Counted from the stretch's first letter, positions 1 through 9,905 are shown. The stretch: DNA of 64,000 bases from Chthoniobacteraceae bacterium (GCA_040081625.1 JBEBGD010000007.1:1-64000); one strand, 5' to 3'. The notes: generated by a model not told the origin, from the letters alone. Numbers and translations are program-made.

Positions 1-321
1 GAGGAGAAGTTCGCGCGCAGCAGCGGGCCGGGCGGGCAGAATGTGAACAAGGTCTCGACCTCGGTGACTCTCCGCCACGTGCCGAGCGGCGCGAGCGTGA
101 CGGTGCAGGACTCGCGCTCGCAATCGGCAAATCGCCGGACGGCGTGGCTGCGGCTGCTCGGGGCGATCGAGAAGAAGCGCGCGGACGCGAAGGCGGACGC
201 GCGCGCCGAACGGGAAAAGGTGCGCCGGCAGAAGCGCCCGCGGCCTTGGGGCCTAAAGCAGCGCATCCTCGACGCGAAAAAACATCGCTCGGGGATCAAG
301 AAGCTGCGGAGACTGGACTGA
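1..321 (+). CDS. arfB: Peptide chain release factor-like / ArfB-type ribosome rescue peptidyl-tRNA hydrolase (5' truncated by window)
   Basis: Frame 1 is open from base 1: EEKFARSSGPGGQNVNKVSTSV (GGQ motif), then SRSQSANR and a basic C-terminal tail (KQRILDAKKHRSGIKKLRR). Confidence 0.85.
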   Translation, partial: EEKFARSSGPGGQNVNKVSTSVTLRHVPSGASVTVQDSRSQSANRRTAWLRLLGAIEKKRADAKADARAEREKVRRQKRPRPWGLKQRILDAKKHRSGIKKLRRLD

Positions 322-322
322 T

Positions 323-1390
323 ATGAGCACCGACCCCACCCCCGCGACCACGGAAGAGCCCTGGCTGAAGGTGACCTGCGACGGGCAGTTCACGCGCTGG
401 CTGGCGACGCACGATGTGAGCCTCGCCTGCACGACTTACCAGACCGGGAAGCTTCTGCTGCTCGGGCGCAAACCGGATGGCGGGCTTTCGGTGTTCGAGC
501 GCAATTTCGCCCGCGCGATGGGGCTGTGGGTGGAGGGGAGCGGGTTCTGGATGGGCACGCAGTATCAGCTCTGGCGGCTGGAAAATGTGCTGCGGCCCGG
601 CGAAATCTATCAGGACCACGACCGGCTCTACGTGCCGAAGGTGGGCATCACGACGGGCGATCTCGACATCCACGATGTGGCGGTGGAGGAAGGCGGGCGC
701 GTGGTGTTCGTGGCGACGAAGTTCAACTGCCTCGGCACGACCGATGATCGCTACAGCTTTTCGCCGCTCTGGCGTCCGTCATTCATCAGCGCGATCGTGC
801 CGGAGGATCGCTGCCACTTGAACGGACTCGCGATGGAAGGCGGGCGCTGCCGCTATGTGACCGCGGTGGACACGGCGGACGAGAAGGAGGGCTGGCGCAA
901 ACGACGGCGCGACGGAGGCGTGCTGCTCGCGCTGCCGGGGGGCGAGGTGGTGGCGGACGGGTTTTCGATGCCGCATTCGCCGCGGTTGTATCGCGGGGAG
1001 TTATGGGTGCTCAATTCGGGCACGGGCTGGATCGGGCGCGTGGTGGAGGGAAAGTTCGAGCCGCTCGCCTTTTGCCCGGGCTTCATGCGAGGGCTCACCT
1101 TCGCGGGCGACTACGCTATCGTCGGTTTCTCGAAGACGCGCTCGAAGAACACCTTCGGCGGGCTGGCGGTGGATGAGGAGCTCGCCCGGCGCGGGATCGA
1201 GTCGCAGTGCGGGCTGCACGTCATCGACGTGCGGACCGGCGCGGTGGCGCACTGGGTGAAGTTCGAGGGGATGGTCACCGAGCTTTACGACGTGGCCGTG
1301 CTGCCCGGCGTCGCGCGGCCGATGGCGTTCGGTTTTCGGACGGAGGAGATCCAGCACACGATTGCGCTGGGCGATCCGGGGCGACTGTGA
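323..1390 (+). CDS. TIGR03032 family protein (DUF4915)
   Basis: Motifs SLACTTYQTGKL, FERNFARAMGL, TTGDLDIHD, PEDRCHLNGLA, GFSMPHSPR, AFCPGFMRGL, ELYDVAVLPG. Confidence 0.9.
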   Translation: MSTDPTPATTEEPWLKVTCDGQFTRWLATHDVSLACTTYQTGKLLLLGRKPDGGLSVFERNFARAMGLWVEGSGFWMGTQYQLWRLENVLRPGEIYQDHDRLYVPKVGITTGDLDIHDVAVEEGGRVVFVATKFNCLGTTDDRYSFSPLWRPSFISAIVPEDRCHLNGLAMEGGRCRYVTAVDTADEKEGWRKRRRDGGVLLALPGGEVVADGFSMPHSPRLYRGELWVLNSGTGWIGRVVEGKFEPLAFCPGFMRGLTFAGDYAIVGFSKTRSKNTFGGLAVDEELARRGIESQCGLHVIDVRTGAVAHWVKFEGMVTELYDVAVLPGVARPMAFGFRTEEIQHTIALGDPGRL

Positions 1391-1509
1391 GGTTTTCGCT
1401 TTAAAATGCCGGTTGACCCTCTGGGGTAAATCAGATTCCCTGCGCGCTGCTGCCGTCGCTCGATTGGATCACGCCGCCAGCCACTTCCACGTCGCACCAA
1501 TTTCTCACC

Positions 1510-4500
1510 ATGAAAAAACAGCATCTCACCGGCACTGAACGCGCCCGCACTTCCTTCATCGAGCCGCTGGAAAGCCGCATCGCGCCGTCCACGCTCACTC
1601 CGCTGGTGACCTCGATCAATCGCTCCGCGCCCGTGAGCGAAGGCACGGCGGCTACGAGCGTGACCTTCGCGGTGGATTTCAATGAAGCGGTGACCGGCGT
1701 GGATGCGGCGGATTTTCATGTCTTCACTTCGGTCAATGCGAAGGCGGATGCGCTGGTGGCGGTCGCGACCACCGCGGACCCGACCATCTTCAACGTGACC
1801 GTGAGCGGCTTGAAGGGGAATGGCGATGTGCGGCTCGACCTCGTGGACAATGACACGATCCTGTTCACCGGAGTTCCGCTCGGAGGCACGGGCGTGAACA
1901 ACGGCAGCTTCACCGGCCAGACCTACCACCTGCTCCAGGCGGGGCCGTCAGCGAACTTCACCTCGATCGGCGGGAACCCGAGGGGAGCATCGAGCGTGTC
2001 GTGGACGCTCACTTTCAGCGAGCCGGTCACCGGGGTGGACTCGACTGACTTTACCTACGGCCTATTCTCCGGGCTCACCGGGACCGTCACGATTAGCGTG
2101 ACGCCGGTGACCGGCACGAACGGCGCCGGCTACACGGTGACCGCGACTGGCTACACCGGCACGGGATCGCTCAGCGTGAACCTCAAGGACGACGGCACGA
2201 TCAAGAGTGTGGCGCACAACGACTCGCCGCCGTCCGGGCCGGTCTTCTCCGGTCCGACGGCCATCGTGACGAACAAGACTGTGGCGGCGATCGCCAGCGG
2301 CGACGTGAACGGCGACGGGAAGCCGGACATCGTCCTGGGCAACTACAGCTACTCCACCAGCGGCAGCGCCTCCGTGAGCGTGCTGCTGGGCAATGGGGAC
2401 GGAACCTTCCAGACGCAGCAAGATTTCGCCGCCGGCTACGCCGTAGCTTCGATCGCGCTGGCCGATGTGAATGGCGACGGGAAGCCGGACATCGTGGTGA
2501 CGGGCGGCACCTACGATCCCCAAGTCCCGGCCAGACATTTCGTCTCCGTGCTCCTGGGCAACGGGGACGGCAGCTTCCAACCCAGGCGGGATTTCGGCAA
2601 CAACACCGCCACCCCTGGCCACGTCGCGGTGGGCGACATGAACAACGACGGCAAGCCCGATCTCGTGGTGACGACCACCAGCAGCGACATCAGCACTGTG
2701 AATGTGCTGCTGGGCAACGGGAACGGCACCTTCCAGACGGAGCAGACCTTTTCGGTGGGGGTGAAATCGAACGATGTGCAGGTCGCCGACGTGAATGGCG
2801 ACGGGAAGGCCGACGTGATCACGGCGAACTTTGACGACCGAAATGTAAGCGTGCTGCTCGGCACTGGCACAGGCAGCTTCAGCAGACAAGACTCGTTTGA
2901 TGTCAGCGACGGTGACCGGGACGGGGATTCTTACCCGAATGCCGTGGCCGTGGGCGATATGGATGGCGACGGCACGCCGGATCTCGTCGTCGCGGGTCAA
3001 TATAACTATGGCGGCGACATCGAAGGCTATGTGGCTGTGCTGCTGGGTAATGGTGACGGCACTTTTGACCAGCCCTTTGAGACGAGTAGCACACCCGGAG
3101 GGAGTGACAGTAATCTGAGCGACGTGCAGCTCGCGGATTTCGACGGCGACGGGATACTCGACATCGCCGTCACCGACAGGCTTCGGTTTCCGTCGGCGGG
3201 GAGCTTTGGGGGATACATTGTAGAAAGCGACGACGGAGACGTCGAAGACTTGGACTCGGATGGATTCTACACCAACACCAACAACAACGCGGGACTGACC
3301 GTGGCCGACTTCAATGGCGACGGCCGAGCCGACATCGCCACCGCAAACGGCAACGCCACCTCGGCCGAGTCGCCGCCTGAGCCCGGCGTCGCCCTCCAGC
3401 CCGCCCCGAGCGGCGGCACCGACGTGCTGCTCAACTTCGGCGGCACGGCCGAGAGCGTAGGAGTCTCCATCGTCGTGCCGCACGTGACTTCGATCGATCG
3501 CGCCACTCCCACGATTTTGGATTCGGGAAATACGGCGGCGACGAGCGTGACTTACACCGTGTATTTCGACCGGGTGGTGACCGGCGTGGATGCGGCGGAT
3601 TTCCGGGTCTTCACCTCGGTCGATGCGAAGGCGAATGCGACGGTGGTGGTCACCCCCAACGCGAACCCGACCGACTTCACCGTGACGGTGAGCGGCTTGC
3701 AGGGGAATGGCGAGGTGCGGCTCGATCTCGTGGACAATGACACGATCGTCTTCGACGGAGCTCCGCTCGGAGGGGTCGGCGCGAATAACGGCAGCTTCAC
3801 CGGCGAGACCTACCACCTGCTGCAGGTCATGCCGACGGTCCTCTCGATCACCGGCACGCCGCCGCTGACCACGGGCGCGACGAGCATGGAGTGGACGGTC
3901 ACGTTCAGCGAGGACGTGACGGGCGTGAACGCCCCGGATTTCGTCTTCGTCTTCACCGGTGCGACGGCCGCCACGACGGGCCCGACCGTGGTGCAGCAGA
4001 CCCCGAGCACTTACAAGGTGACGGCGGGCGGCGTCAGCGGCGCGGGGACGATCGGGCTGAAGCTCGTGGACGATGAGACGATCCGGGACAGCGATAACAA
4101 CCCGCTGCAAACCGTGCAGCAACCCAATCCGCCGACCACGCCCGGGGTGAGCTTCGAGCAACCGCAGACGGCGGCGACAGGGAACAGGCCAGTCTCGATC
4201 GCCAGCGGCGACGTGAACGGCGACGGCAAACCGGACATCGTGACGGCAAATTCCTACGCCAGCGGGGGCTACTCCGTGAGCGTGCTGCTCGGCAATGGTG
4301 ACGGGACTTTCCAGTCGCCGCAGAATTTTGCCACCGGCAGCAACCCGCAATCGGTCGCGCTGGCCGATGTGAACGGGGACGGCAGGCCGGATATCGTGGT
4401 CACGGGAAGCACGTTCGACCCGCAGACCTCCACCAACGCCTTCGTGAGCGTGCTGCTCGGCAATGGCGACGGCACCTTCCAGGCCAGGCAAAACTTTGGC

Positions 4501-6894
4501 AACAGCTTCAGCTCCGCTACGGACGTGGCGGTGGGCGACATGAACCAGGACGGCAGGCCCGATCTCGTGGTGTTGACCGCCAGCGGCCTGAGCATCGTGA
4601 ATGTGCTGCTGGGCAATGGGGACGGAACCTTCCAGATGGAGCAGACCTTTCCGGTGAATGTGTCATCGAACGATGTGCAGGTCGCCGATGTGAATGGCGA
4701 CGGGAACGCCGACGTGGTCACGGCGAACTTTAACGACGAAAGTGTGAGCGTGCTGCTCGGCACCGGCACGGGCAGCCTCGGCACGGCGACCGCGTTTGGG
4801 ATCGCTGACGAAGGGCAATCCAACCCGAACGCCGTGGCCGTGGGCGATATGAATGGCGACGGCAAGCCGGACCTCGTGACCGCCGGTTACTCTTACTACG
4901 ACAGCTCCACTGGCGGACAGGTGACGGTGATGCTGGGAGCCGGGGACGGCACCTTTACATACCAATCCAACAGGAACCGAGGGAGTAGTCTGAGCGATGT
5001 GCAACTCGCGGACTTCAACGGCGACGGAAACCTCGACATCGCCGCGAGCGACAATGCTGTCCCCAGCAACATCCCGCCCGAAGGGGGTGTCGCAACTGGC
5101 ACGGAGGTATGGGTGTTTCTCGGCAGCGGTGATGGCAGGACGGGTAACGTGTTTAGTTTCAACACCAGCGCACAGCGGAACGCGGAACTGACCGTGGCCG
5201 ACTTCAATGGCGACGGCAAAGCCGACATCGCGACGGCGAATGACAGCGGTGGCGCCCCAGCGGCGCTGCCGGAGGCTGGTGCACTCTTCGTCGGAACGGT
5301 GGATGCCCTGCTCAACAACGGCATCGGCGACTTCAACGGCGAGGTGTTCACCATCGTCCTGCCGGATCCCGCCATCATCGACATCACCGACGGCTTGAGC
5401 AGCGCGGCGCCGGGCGACACGCTGACGTTCACGATCAGCTACGCCAATCAATCCGAAGTGAGCGCGACAGGCGCGAAGCTCACACTGCCGCTCGACTCGC
5501 GCTACAACTTCGTCGCCAGCGAAAACCCCGGCTGGACCGAGTCCGGCGGCGTGCTCACCAGGCTCCTCGGCACGCTCGGCGCGAACGCGAGCGGCACCGC
5601 CTCGCTCACGCTGCACATCGATAGTGTGGTCTCCGGCTTTGCCTCCGGGCTCGCGACGGTGACAATCATGAACGACAACGGTGACGAGACCGAGAAGAAC
5701 AACTCGGACACCGATTTCACCTTCATCCCGGGGAACTACACCGGCTTCGTCGTCACCGCGCCCGGCATCTCGCCGAAGCCGGGCAAATTCGCGCCGCCGA
5801 TCGTCCAGGTTTTCGACAAGTCCTCCGGCGATCTGCTCTACGCGTTCAGCGCCTACGAGAGCACCTACCGCGACAGCATCCGCGTCGCCGTGGGCGACTT
5901 CAATGGCGACGGCATCGACGACATCGTCACCACCACGCAGCACAACGGCGGGCGGCTGCGGATCTTCGATGGCTCCTCGGGCCTGCAGTTCTCCTCCGGG
6001 CCGCTCGGCCCGCAGACCGCGCGCGGCGACGTGCTCGATCCGTTCGGGACGAGCAAGAACAAGGGAGCCTTCGTGGCCGTGGGCAATGTCTCGCCGACAT
6101 TCGGCTTCGACCTTCCCGAGATCGTCGTCGGTTCCTCTCTCATCAGCCGCACGGTCGGCGGCGGGACGGTGAAGGTCTATAGCCTAGACTCCGATCAGCA
6201 GCCGGCACAGCCCGAGCAGGGGCTCGGGAGCGGGACGCTTCAGGTGATCAAGGAGTTCACGCCATTCGGCGCGCGATTCAAAGGCGGCGTGCGAGTCGCC
6301 GTGGGCGATGTGGATCGCTTCGGAGACGACAAGGGGGGCGCCCTGCCCGAGAACGGCGGACCGGAATTCGAAGACGACATCATCGTCGGCCAGGGCTTCC
6401 GCGGCGCGACGGTGAAGGTGTATAAAGGCGTGACCGATACCGTGCTCGGCGAATTCAAGGTCGGCACCTCGAAGTTCCGCGGCGGCGTCTCGGTGGCGGT
6501 CGGCGACGTCAACGACGACGGCTTCGCCGACATCATCGTCGGCCGCAACACGGGCAGACCCTCGGTTCTCGAGGTCTTCGACGGCCGCTCGCTCCTGTCG
6601 GGCAACACGCCCACGCAGATCGGCTCCGCCATCAATCCGTTCGACATCGACCCGCTGCACCCGAGGAACACCTTCGGCGTCCGCGTCGCGGCTGCGGACG
6701 TCAACGGCGACGGCGTCGCGGACATCATCGCCAGCGCTGGCCTCAAGAACCAGAGCGCCGTCAAGTTTTATGACGGCAGGGATTTCCTTTCCGGCACCAT
6801 CACCGAGATCACCGACCGCCGGATCACGGCCTATTCGGACTTCCCGAACGTCGCGCTGTGGATTGCCGCGAGCGACTTTGACGATCGCCGGTAG
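1510..6894 (+). CDS. Large secreted/surface FG-GAP (VCBS-like) repeat protein with Ig-like and DUF11-like domains
   Basis: Many (G/A)DxNGDGKPD(I/L)V and VSVLLGNGDGTF repeats; Ig-like units (F.E.VTGVD.xDF); DUF11-like segment APGDTLTFTISYAN; C-terminal GVRVAVGD repeats; N-terminal IEPLESRIAPS. Confidence 0.9.
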   Translation: MKKQHLTGTERARTSFIEPLESRIAPSTLTPLVTSINRSAPVSEGTAATSVTFAVDFNEAVTGVDAADFHVFTSVNAKADALVAVATTADPTIFNVTVSGLKGNGDVRLDLVDNDTILFTGVPLGGTGVNNGSFTGQTYHLLQAGPSANFTSIGGNPRGASSVSWTLTFSEPVTGVDSTDFTYGLFSGLTGTVTISVTPVTGTNGAGYTVTATGYTGTGSLSVNLKDDGTIKSVAHNDSPPSGPVFSGPTAIVTNKTVAAIASGDVNGDGKPDIVLGNYSYSTSGSASVSVLLGNGDGTFQTQQDFAAGYAVASIALADVNGDGKPDIVVTGGTYDPQVPARHFVSVLLGNGDGSFQPRRDFGNNTATPGHVAVGDMNNDGKPDLVVTTTSSDISTVNVLLGNGNGTFQTEQTFSVGVKSNDVQVADVNGDGKADVITANFDDRNVSVLLGTGTGSFSRQDSFDVSDGDRDGDSYPNAVAVGDMDGDGTPDLVVAGQYNYGGDIEGYVAVLLGNGDGTFDQPFETSSTPGGSDSNLSDVQLADFDGDGILDIAVTDRLRFPSAGSFGGYIVESDDGDVEDLDSDGFYTNTNNNAGLTVADFNGDGRADIATANGNATSAESPPEPGVALQPAPSGGTDVLLNFGGTAESVGVSIVVPHVTSIDRATPTILDSGNTAATSVTYTVYFDRVVTGVDAADFRVFTSVDAKANATVVVTPNANPTDFTVTVSGLQGNGEVRLDLVDNDTIVFDGAPLGGVGANNGSFTGETYHLLQVMPTVLSITGTPPLTTGATSMEWTVTFSEDVTGVNAPDFVFVFTGATAATTGPTVVQQTPSTYKVTAGGVSGAGTIGLKLVDDETIRDSDNNPLQTVQQPNPPTTPGVSFEQPQTAATGNRPVSIASGDVNGDGKPDIVTANSYASGGYSVSVLLGNGDGTFQSPQNFATGSNPQSVALADVNGDGRPDIVVTGSTFDPQTSTNAFVSVLLGNGDGTFQARQNFGNSFSSATDVAVGDMNQDGRPDLVVLTASGLSIVNVLLGNGDGTFQMEQTFPVNVSSNDVQVADVNGDGNADVVTANFNDESVSVLLGTGTGSLGTATAFGIADEGQSNPNAVAVGDMNGDGKPDLVTAGYSYYDSSTGGQVTVMLGAGDGTFTYQSNRNRGSSLSDVQLADFNGDGNLDIAASDNAVPSNIPPEGGVATGTEVWVFLGSGDGRTGNVFSFNTSAQRNAELTVADFNGDGKADIATANDSGGAPAALPEAGALFVGTVDALLNNGIGDFNGEVFTIVLPDPAIIDITDGLSSAAPGDTLTFTISYANQSEVSATGAKLTLPLDSRYNFVASENPGWTESGGVLTRLLGTLGANASGTASLTLHIDSVVSGFASGLATVTIMNDNGDETEKNNSDTDFTFIPGNYTGFVVTAPGISPKPGKFAPPIVQVFDKSSGDLLYAFSAYESTYRDSIRVAVGDFNGDGIDDIVTTTQHNGGRLRIFDGSSGLQFSSGPLGPQTARGDVLDPFGTSKNKGAFVAVGNVSPTFGFDLPEIVVGSSLISRTVGGGTVKVYSLDSDQQPAQPEQGLGSGTLQVIKEFTPFGARFKGGVRVAVGDVDRFGDDKGGALPENGGPEFEDDIIVGQGFRGATVKVYKGVTDTVLGEFKVGTSKFRGGVSVAVGDVNDDGFADIIVGRNTGRPSVLEVFDGRSLLSGNTPTQIGSAINPFDIDPLHPRNTFGVRVAAADVNGDGVADIIASAGLKNQSAVKFYDGRDFLSGTITEITDRRITAYSDFPNVALWIAASDFDDRR
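1606..5361 (+). repeat. Intragenic tandem duplication, period about 1878 bp (626 aa)
   Basis: VTSINR..TAATSVT..VTGVDAADF.VFTSV.AKA..VSGL.GNG.VRLDLVDNDTI starts at 1606 and recurs at 3484; both units have the same Ig-Ig-FG-GAP order. Confidence 0.9.
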
Positions 6895-6940
6895 TCCACG
6901 GGTTCAGCTTCTCCACTCTTCAACCAACCAACCAAAGAAA

Positions 6941-7966
6941 ATGACCGTCATCCGCAACCTCATCCTCGCGACTGCCGTCGCGGCGCTTCTCATCCCGGCC
7001 GCGCGCGCCGGGCACGAACTGGCGCCGACCGGCAAGGAAATGAAAGAAGCGCCGCCCGTGCGCGAGTGGTTCCCCGACGAGCCACGCGGCTTCGTCACCG
7101 TCGGCGCGAAGTTCAGCGACCACGCCACCGGCATCTTCGCAGACTCGATCACCGGCCTGTGGTCGCCGCAGGCGCGCGACGCCTTCGTTTTCCTAAACTC
7201 GCGCTACTCGTGGGAAGACAACCACCAATACATCAGCAGCGTCGGCCTCGGCGTTCGCAAGCTGCTGCCGGATCACGACGTGATCCTCGGCGCAAACGCC
7301 TATTGGGATTCGCTCCACGGCGGAAGCGGCAGTGAGTTCAACCAGCTCGGCCTCGGCGCGGAAGTGCTCACCAAGTGGGTCGATGCGCGCCTCAACTACT
7401 ACCTGCCCGACAACAACCAGCCGCAGGTCCGCCGGCACACGTGGCGCTCGAGCGATGACGGCGGCGAGCGCATCCGCATCTTCGAGCGGCGCGAGGCGGC
7501 GCTCCAGGGCTTCAACGCCGAGCTTGGTTTCCTCGTCCCCGGCCTCTGCAACTACACCGAGGTCCGCATCTACGGCGGCTACTACCGCTACGACAATCCG
7601 TTCGGCAGCGACTTCGAGGGCTTCAAGGCCCGCCTCGAGGCGCGCCTGCTCCCCGGCGTCATCGCCGACGTGGAATACTGGGACGACGCCGCGCTCATGG
7701 GCGGCCACTGGACCGCCGGCGTGCGTGTGAGCGTGCCCTTCTCGATCGTCAACCTCGTCAATGGCCGCAATCCCTTCGAGGGTTTCGCCGGGCAGTTCGC
7801 ACCGCGCCAGCGCGAGTTCAAGGAGCGCATGTCCGACATGGTCGAGCGCTCGCACCGCATCCAGACGGTCACGTCGGGCGACCGTCTCAGCGAGGACTCC
7901 TTCAACAAGGATTTGCGCTTCGCCAACGGCGTCCGCGTCGGCGCGAACGGCCTGCCGATCGAGTAG
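6941..7966 (+). CDS. Inverse autotransporter beta-barrel-like outer-membrane protein, no passenger
   Basis: Signal peptide MTVIRNLILATAVAALLIPAARA; strands SVGLGVRKL, ILGANAYWD, FNQLGLGAE, DARLNYYLP, GFNAELG, GFKARLEAR; ERMSDMVER tail. Start moved to ATG 6941. Confidence 0.7.
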   Translation: MTVIRNLILATAVAALLIPAARAGHELAPTGKEMKEAPPVREWFPDEPRGFVTVGAKFSDHATGIFADSITGLWSPQARDAFVFLNSRYSWEDNHQYISSVGLGVRKLLPDHDVILGANAYWDSLHGGSGSEFNQLGLGAEVLTKWVDARLNYYLPDNNQPQVRRHTWRSSDDGGERIRIFERREAALQGFNAELGFLVPGLCNYTEVRIYGGYYRYDNPFGSDFEGFKARLEARLLPGVIADVEYWDDAALMGGHWTAGVRVSVPFSIVNLVNGRNPFEGFAGQFAPRQREFKERMSDMVERSHRIQTVTSGDRLSEDSFNKDLRFANGVRVGANGLPIE

Positions 7967-7968
7967 GC

Positions 7969-8568
7969 CTACGCCTTTCTCAGCGAATAGCGAAATGAGC
8001 CGATGTGCTCGACCTGGCGCGACAGCTCCATGTCGCACCACAGCGCCACGCCGAGTTCGCGCACGCGGTCCGAAAACCAGAAATCCTCGCTGAGCACCTT
8101 CCCGTGCTCCTCGTCGTAGCCGCAGCGAAAAAACGGCGGCTTCAGTTTTTCGAAGACCTCCGCCTTGATCAGCAGGCACCCGGTCGGCATCCGCGACGCC
8201 TCGACCATCCCCTTGTCGGCGGGTGAAAACGCCGCGCCGTCGCGGCGGGTCCCGATGAGCGTCAGCGGCAGCATCTTCCGCGGGTAAGTCGCGCCGACGA
8301 TCGCCTTACGATGCGCCAGCAGTCGCTTGATCGTGTCCGGCGGGAAGACCATGTCGCTGTCCAGGAACAGCAGCCACTCCGCCTTCGCATCCAGCGCCGC
8401 GCGCACGCAGAGATTGCGCGCCTCGGCGACGATCGAAAACTTCGCGTTCACCATCGACACACGCGCTCCGCCCACGCGCCCATTCTGCACGACGTGCAGC
8501 ACCGACAGCATGAAGTCGGCATGCACCATCTCCCCCGACGGGATGCAGATCGCGACGTGCGCCGCCAC
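7969..8568 (-). CDS. Glycosyltransferase family 2/A-like protein
   Basis: AICIP, ARNLCV, WLLFLDSDMVF (DxD), TGCLLIKAEVF, SEDFWF. Likely GTG start at 8568 overlaps the upstream TAG. Confidence 0.8.
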   Translation of the reverse strand: MAAHVAICIPSGEMVHADFMLSVLHVVQNGRVGGARVSMVNAKFSIVAEARNLCVRAALDAKAEWLLFLDSDMVFPPDTIKRLLAHRKAIVGATYPRKMLPLTLIGTRRDGAAFSPADKGMVEASRMPTGCLLIKAEVFEKLKPPFFRCGYDEEHGKVLSEDFWFSDRVRELGVALWCDMELSRQVEHIGSFRYSLRKA

Positions 8569-9905
8569 TACGCCACTTTCCACTTCCCGCGATACTCGCG
8601 CGTGAGCCACTTCGGATCGCCGCCGCCCTTCACGAAGCTATTCTTCGCCGGGTTCCACTTGATCGTCTTCCCATGATAGTAGGCGAGATTGATGAGGTGG
8701 CAGCCGGTCACAGTCCGCGCGCCGATCTCCACGTCGGTGATCGGCCGCTTGCGCGACTTGATCGCATCGAGGAAGTCCGCCTTGTGGTCCGTGCTCGCGT
8801 AGAGCTTCACCTTCGCGTCGGCGAGGAACTCCTTCTCGACCACATCGAGCTGCGCCTGCAACGGCGGCATGTCCTCCTTCGCCGTGAACTTCGCCTTCTC
8901 CTCCCCCTTGAGCTTGAGCGCGAACTTCCCGCGATTCACATAAATCTCCCCGTCCGGCCCGAAGAACGTCACGCCGTTTTCCTTGATGTGCTCGACCTCC
9001 ACGCCACCCGCGTAGCGCAGCTTCACACCCGCCTCCGCCGTCTCCCAATCCTTCGGCGGCGTGATCTCCAGCGGCCCGCTCGCGTCCGCGCCGATGCCCC
9101 AGTGCGCGATGTCCAGATGGTGCGCGCCCCAATCCGTCACCATGCCGCCGCCGTATTCGCGATAAGCGCGCCACTGCGGGAAGTTATTGTGAACCCCGCG
9201 CGGACTGAGGATCGAGTTGTAGTCGCGTTTCGGCGCCGGCCCGAGCCACATGTCCCAGTCCAGCCCCGGCTCCATCTCCTCGCCCGGCAGATCGCACGGC
9301 TTGCCCGGTCCGCCGAAGCCCGATGTGACACGCGTGACCTTGCCGATCACGCCATTGCGCGCGAGTTCGCACGCCACGCGAAACTCGCGCGACGACCGCT
9401 GCATCGAGCCGGTCTGGAACACGCGCTCGTTCTTCCGCACCGCCGCGACGAGCGCCCACGCCTCGTGGATCGTATCGGTCAGCGGCTTCTCGCAATAGAT
9501 GTCCTTCCCCGCCTTCGCCGCCGCGATCGCGATGATCGCGTGCCAGTGATCCGGCGTCGCGATCACCACCGCGTCGATGTCCTTGCGAGCGATCAACTCG
9601 CGGAAATCGCCGAACGCCGCGCACCCCTTGTAATCGCTATCCGTCTTCTTCGCGTAGAAATCCTCCACCTGCTTCTTCCCATCGTTGCGCCGTGTCGTGT
9701 CCACATCGCACACCGCCACGGTCTGCGTCTCCGCCTTGGAAAGAAACCCGCCCATCAGCCCGCGCGCCTGCTTCCCGATCCCGATGAAACCAAGCGTCAG
9801 CCGATCGTTCGCGCCCCACACATGCGAAGGCAGGATCAGCGGCGCGACGCCGGCAGCAAGCGCGGATTGGAGGAATGAGCGACGGGAGAGGCGGGGTGAT
9901 GTCAT
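8568..9905 (-). CDS. Gfo/Idh/MocA oxidoreductase, Tat-exported
   Basis: SRRSFL Tat motif; GFIGIGKQ, IATPDHWH, IYCEKP, DWGAHHLD. Confidence 0.92.
   Translation of the reverse strand: MTSPRLSRRSFLQSALAAGVAPLILPSHVWGANDRLTLGFIGIGKQARGLMGGFLSKAETQTVAVCDVDTTRRNDGKKQVEDFYAKKTDSDYKGCAAFGDFRELIARKDIDAVVIATPDHWHAIIAIAAAKAGKDIYCEKPLTDTIHEAWALVAAVRKNERVFQTGSMQRSSREFRVACELARNGVIGKVTRVTSGFGGPGKPCDLPGEEMEPGLDWDMWLGPAPKRDYNSILSPRGVHNNFPQWRAYREYGGGMVTDWGAHHLDIAHWGIGADASGPLEITPPKDWETAEAGVKLRYAGGVEVEHIKENGVTFFGPDGEIYVNRGKFALKLKGEEKAKFTAKEDMPPLQAQLDVVEKEFLADAKVKLYASTDHKADFLDAIKSRKRPITDVEIGARTVTGCHLINLAYYHGKTIKWNPAKNSFVKGGGDPKWLTREYRGKWKVA

Noticed and set aside
1400..1445. TTGACC as a sigma70 -35 upstream of the FG-GAP gene
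   Set aside because: No -10 match at a 16-18 bp spacing.
2062..4491. 809-aa minus-strand ORF and similar long antisense ORFs (17920-20808, 31865-34354, 36201-38486, 43723-45792)
   Set aside because: Shadow frames of motif-bearing genes in high-GC DNA; Arg/His/Ala-rich with no recognisable motifs.
2290..5240. Regularly spaced DNA repeats suggestive of a CRISPR array
   Set aside because: They are in-frame FG-GAP coding repeats with synonymous variation; no cas genes.
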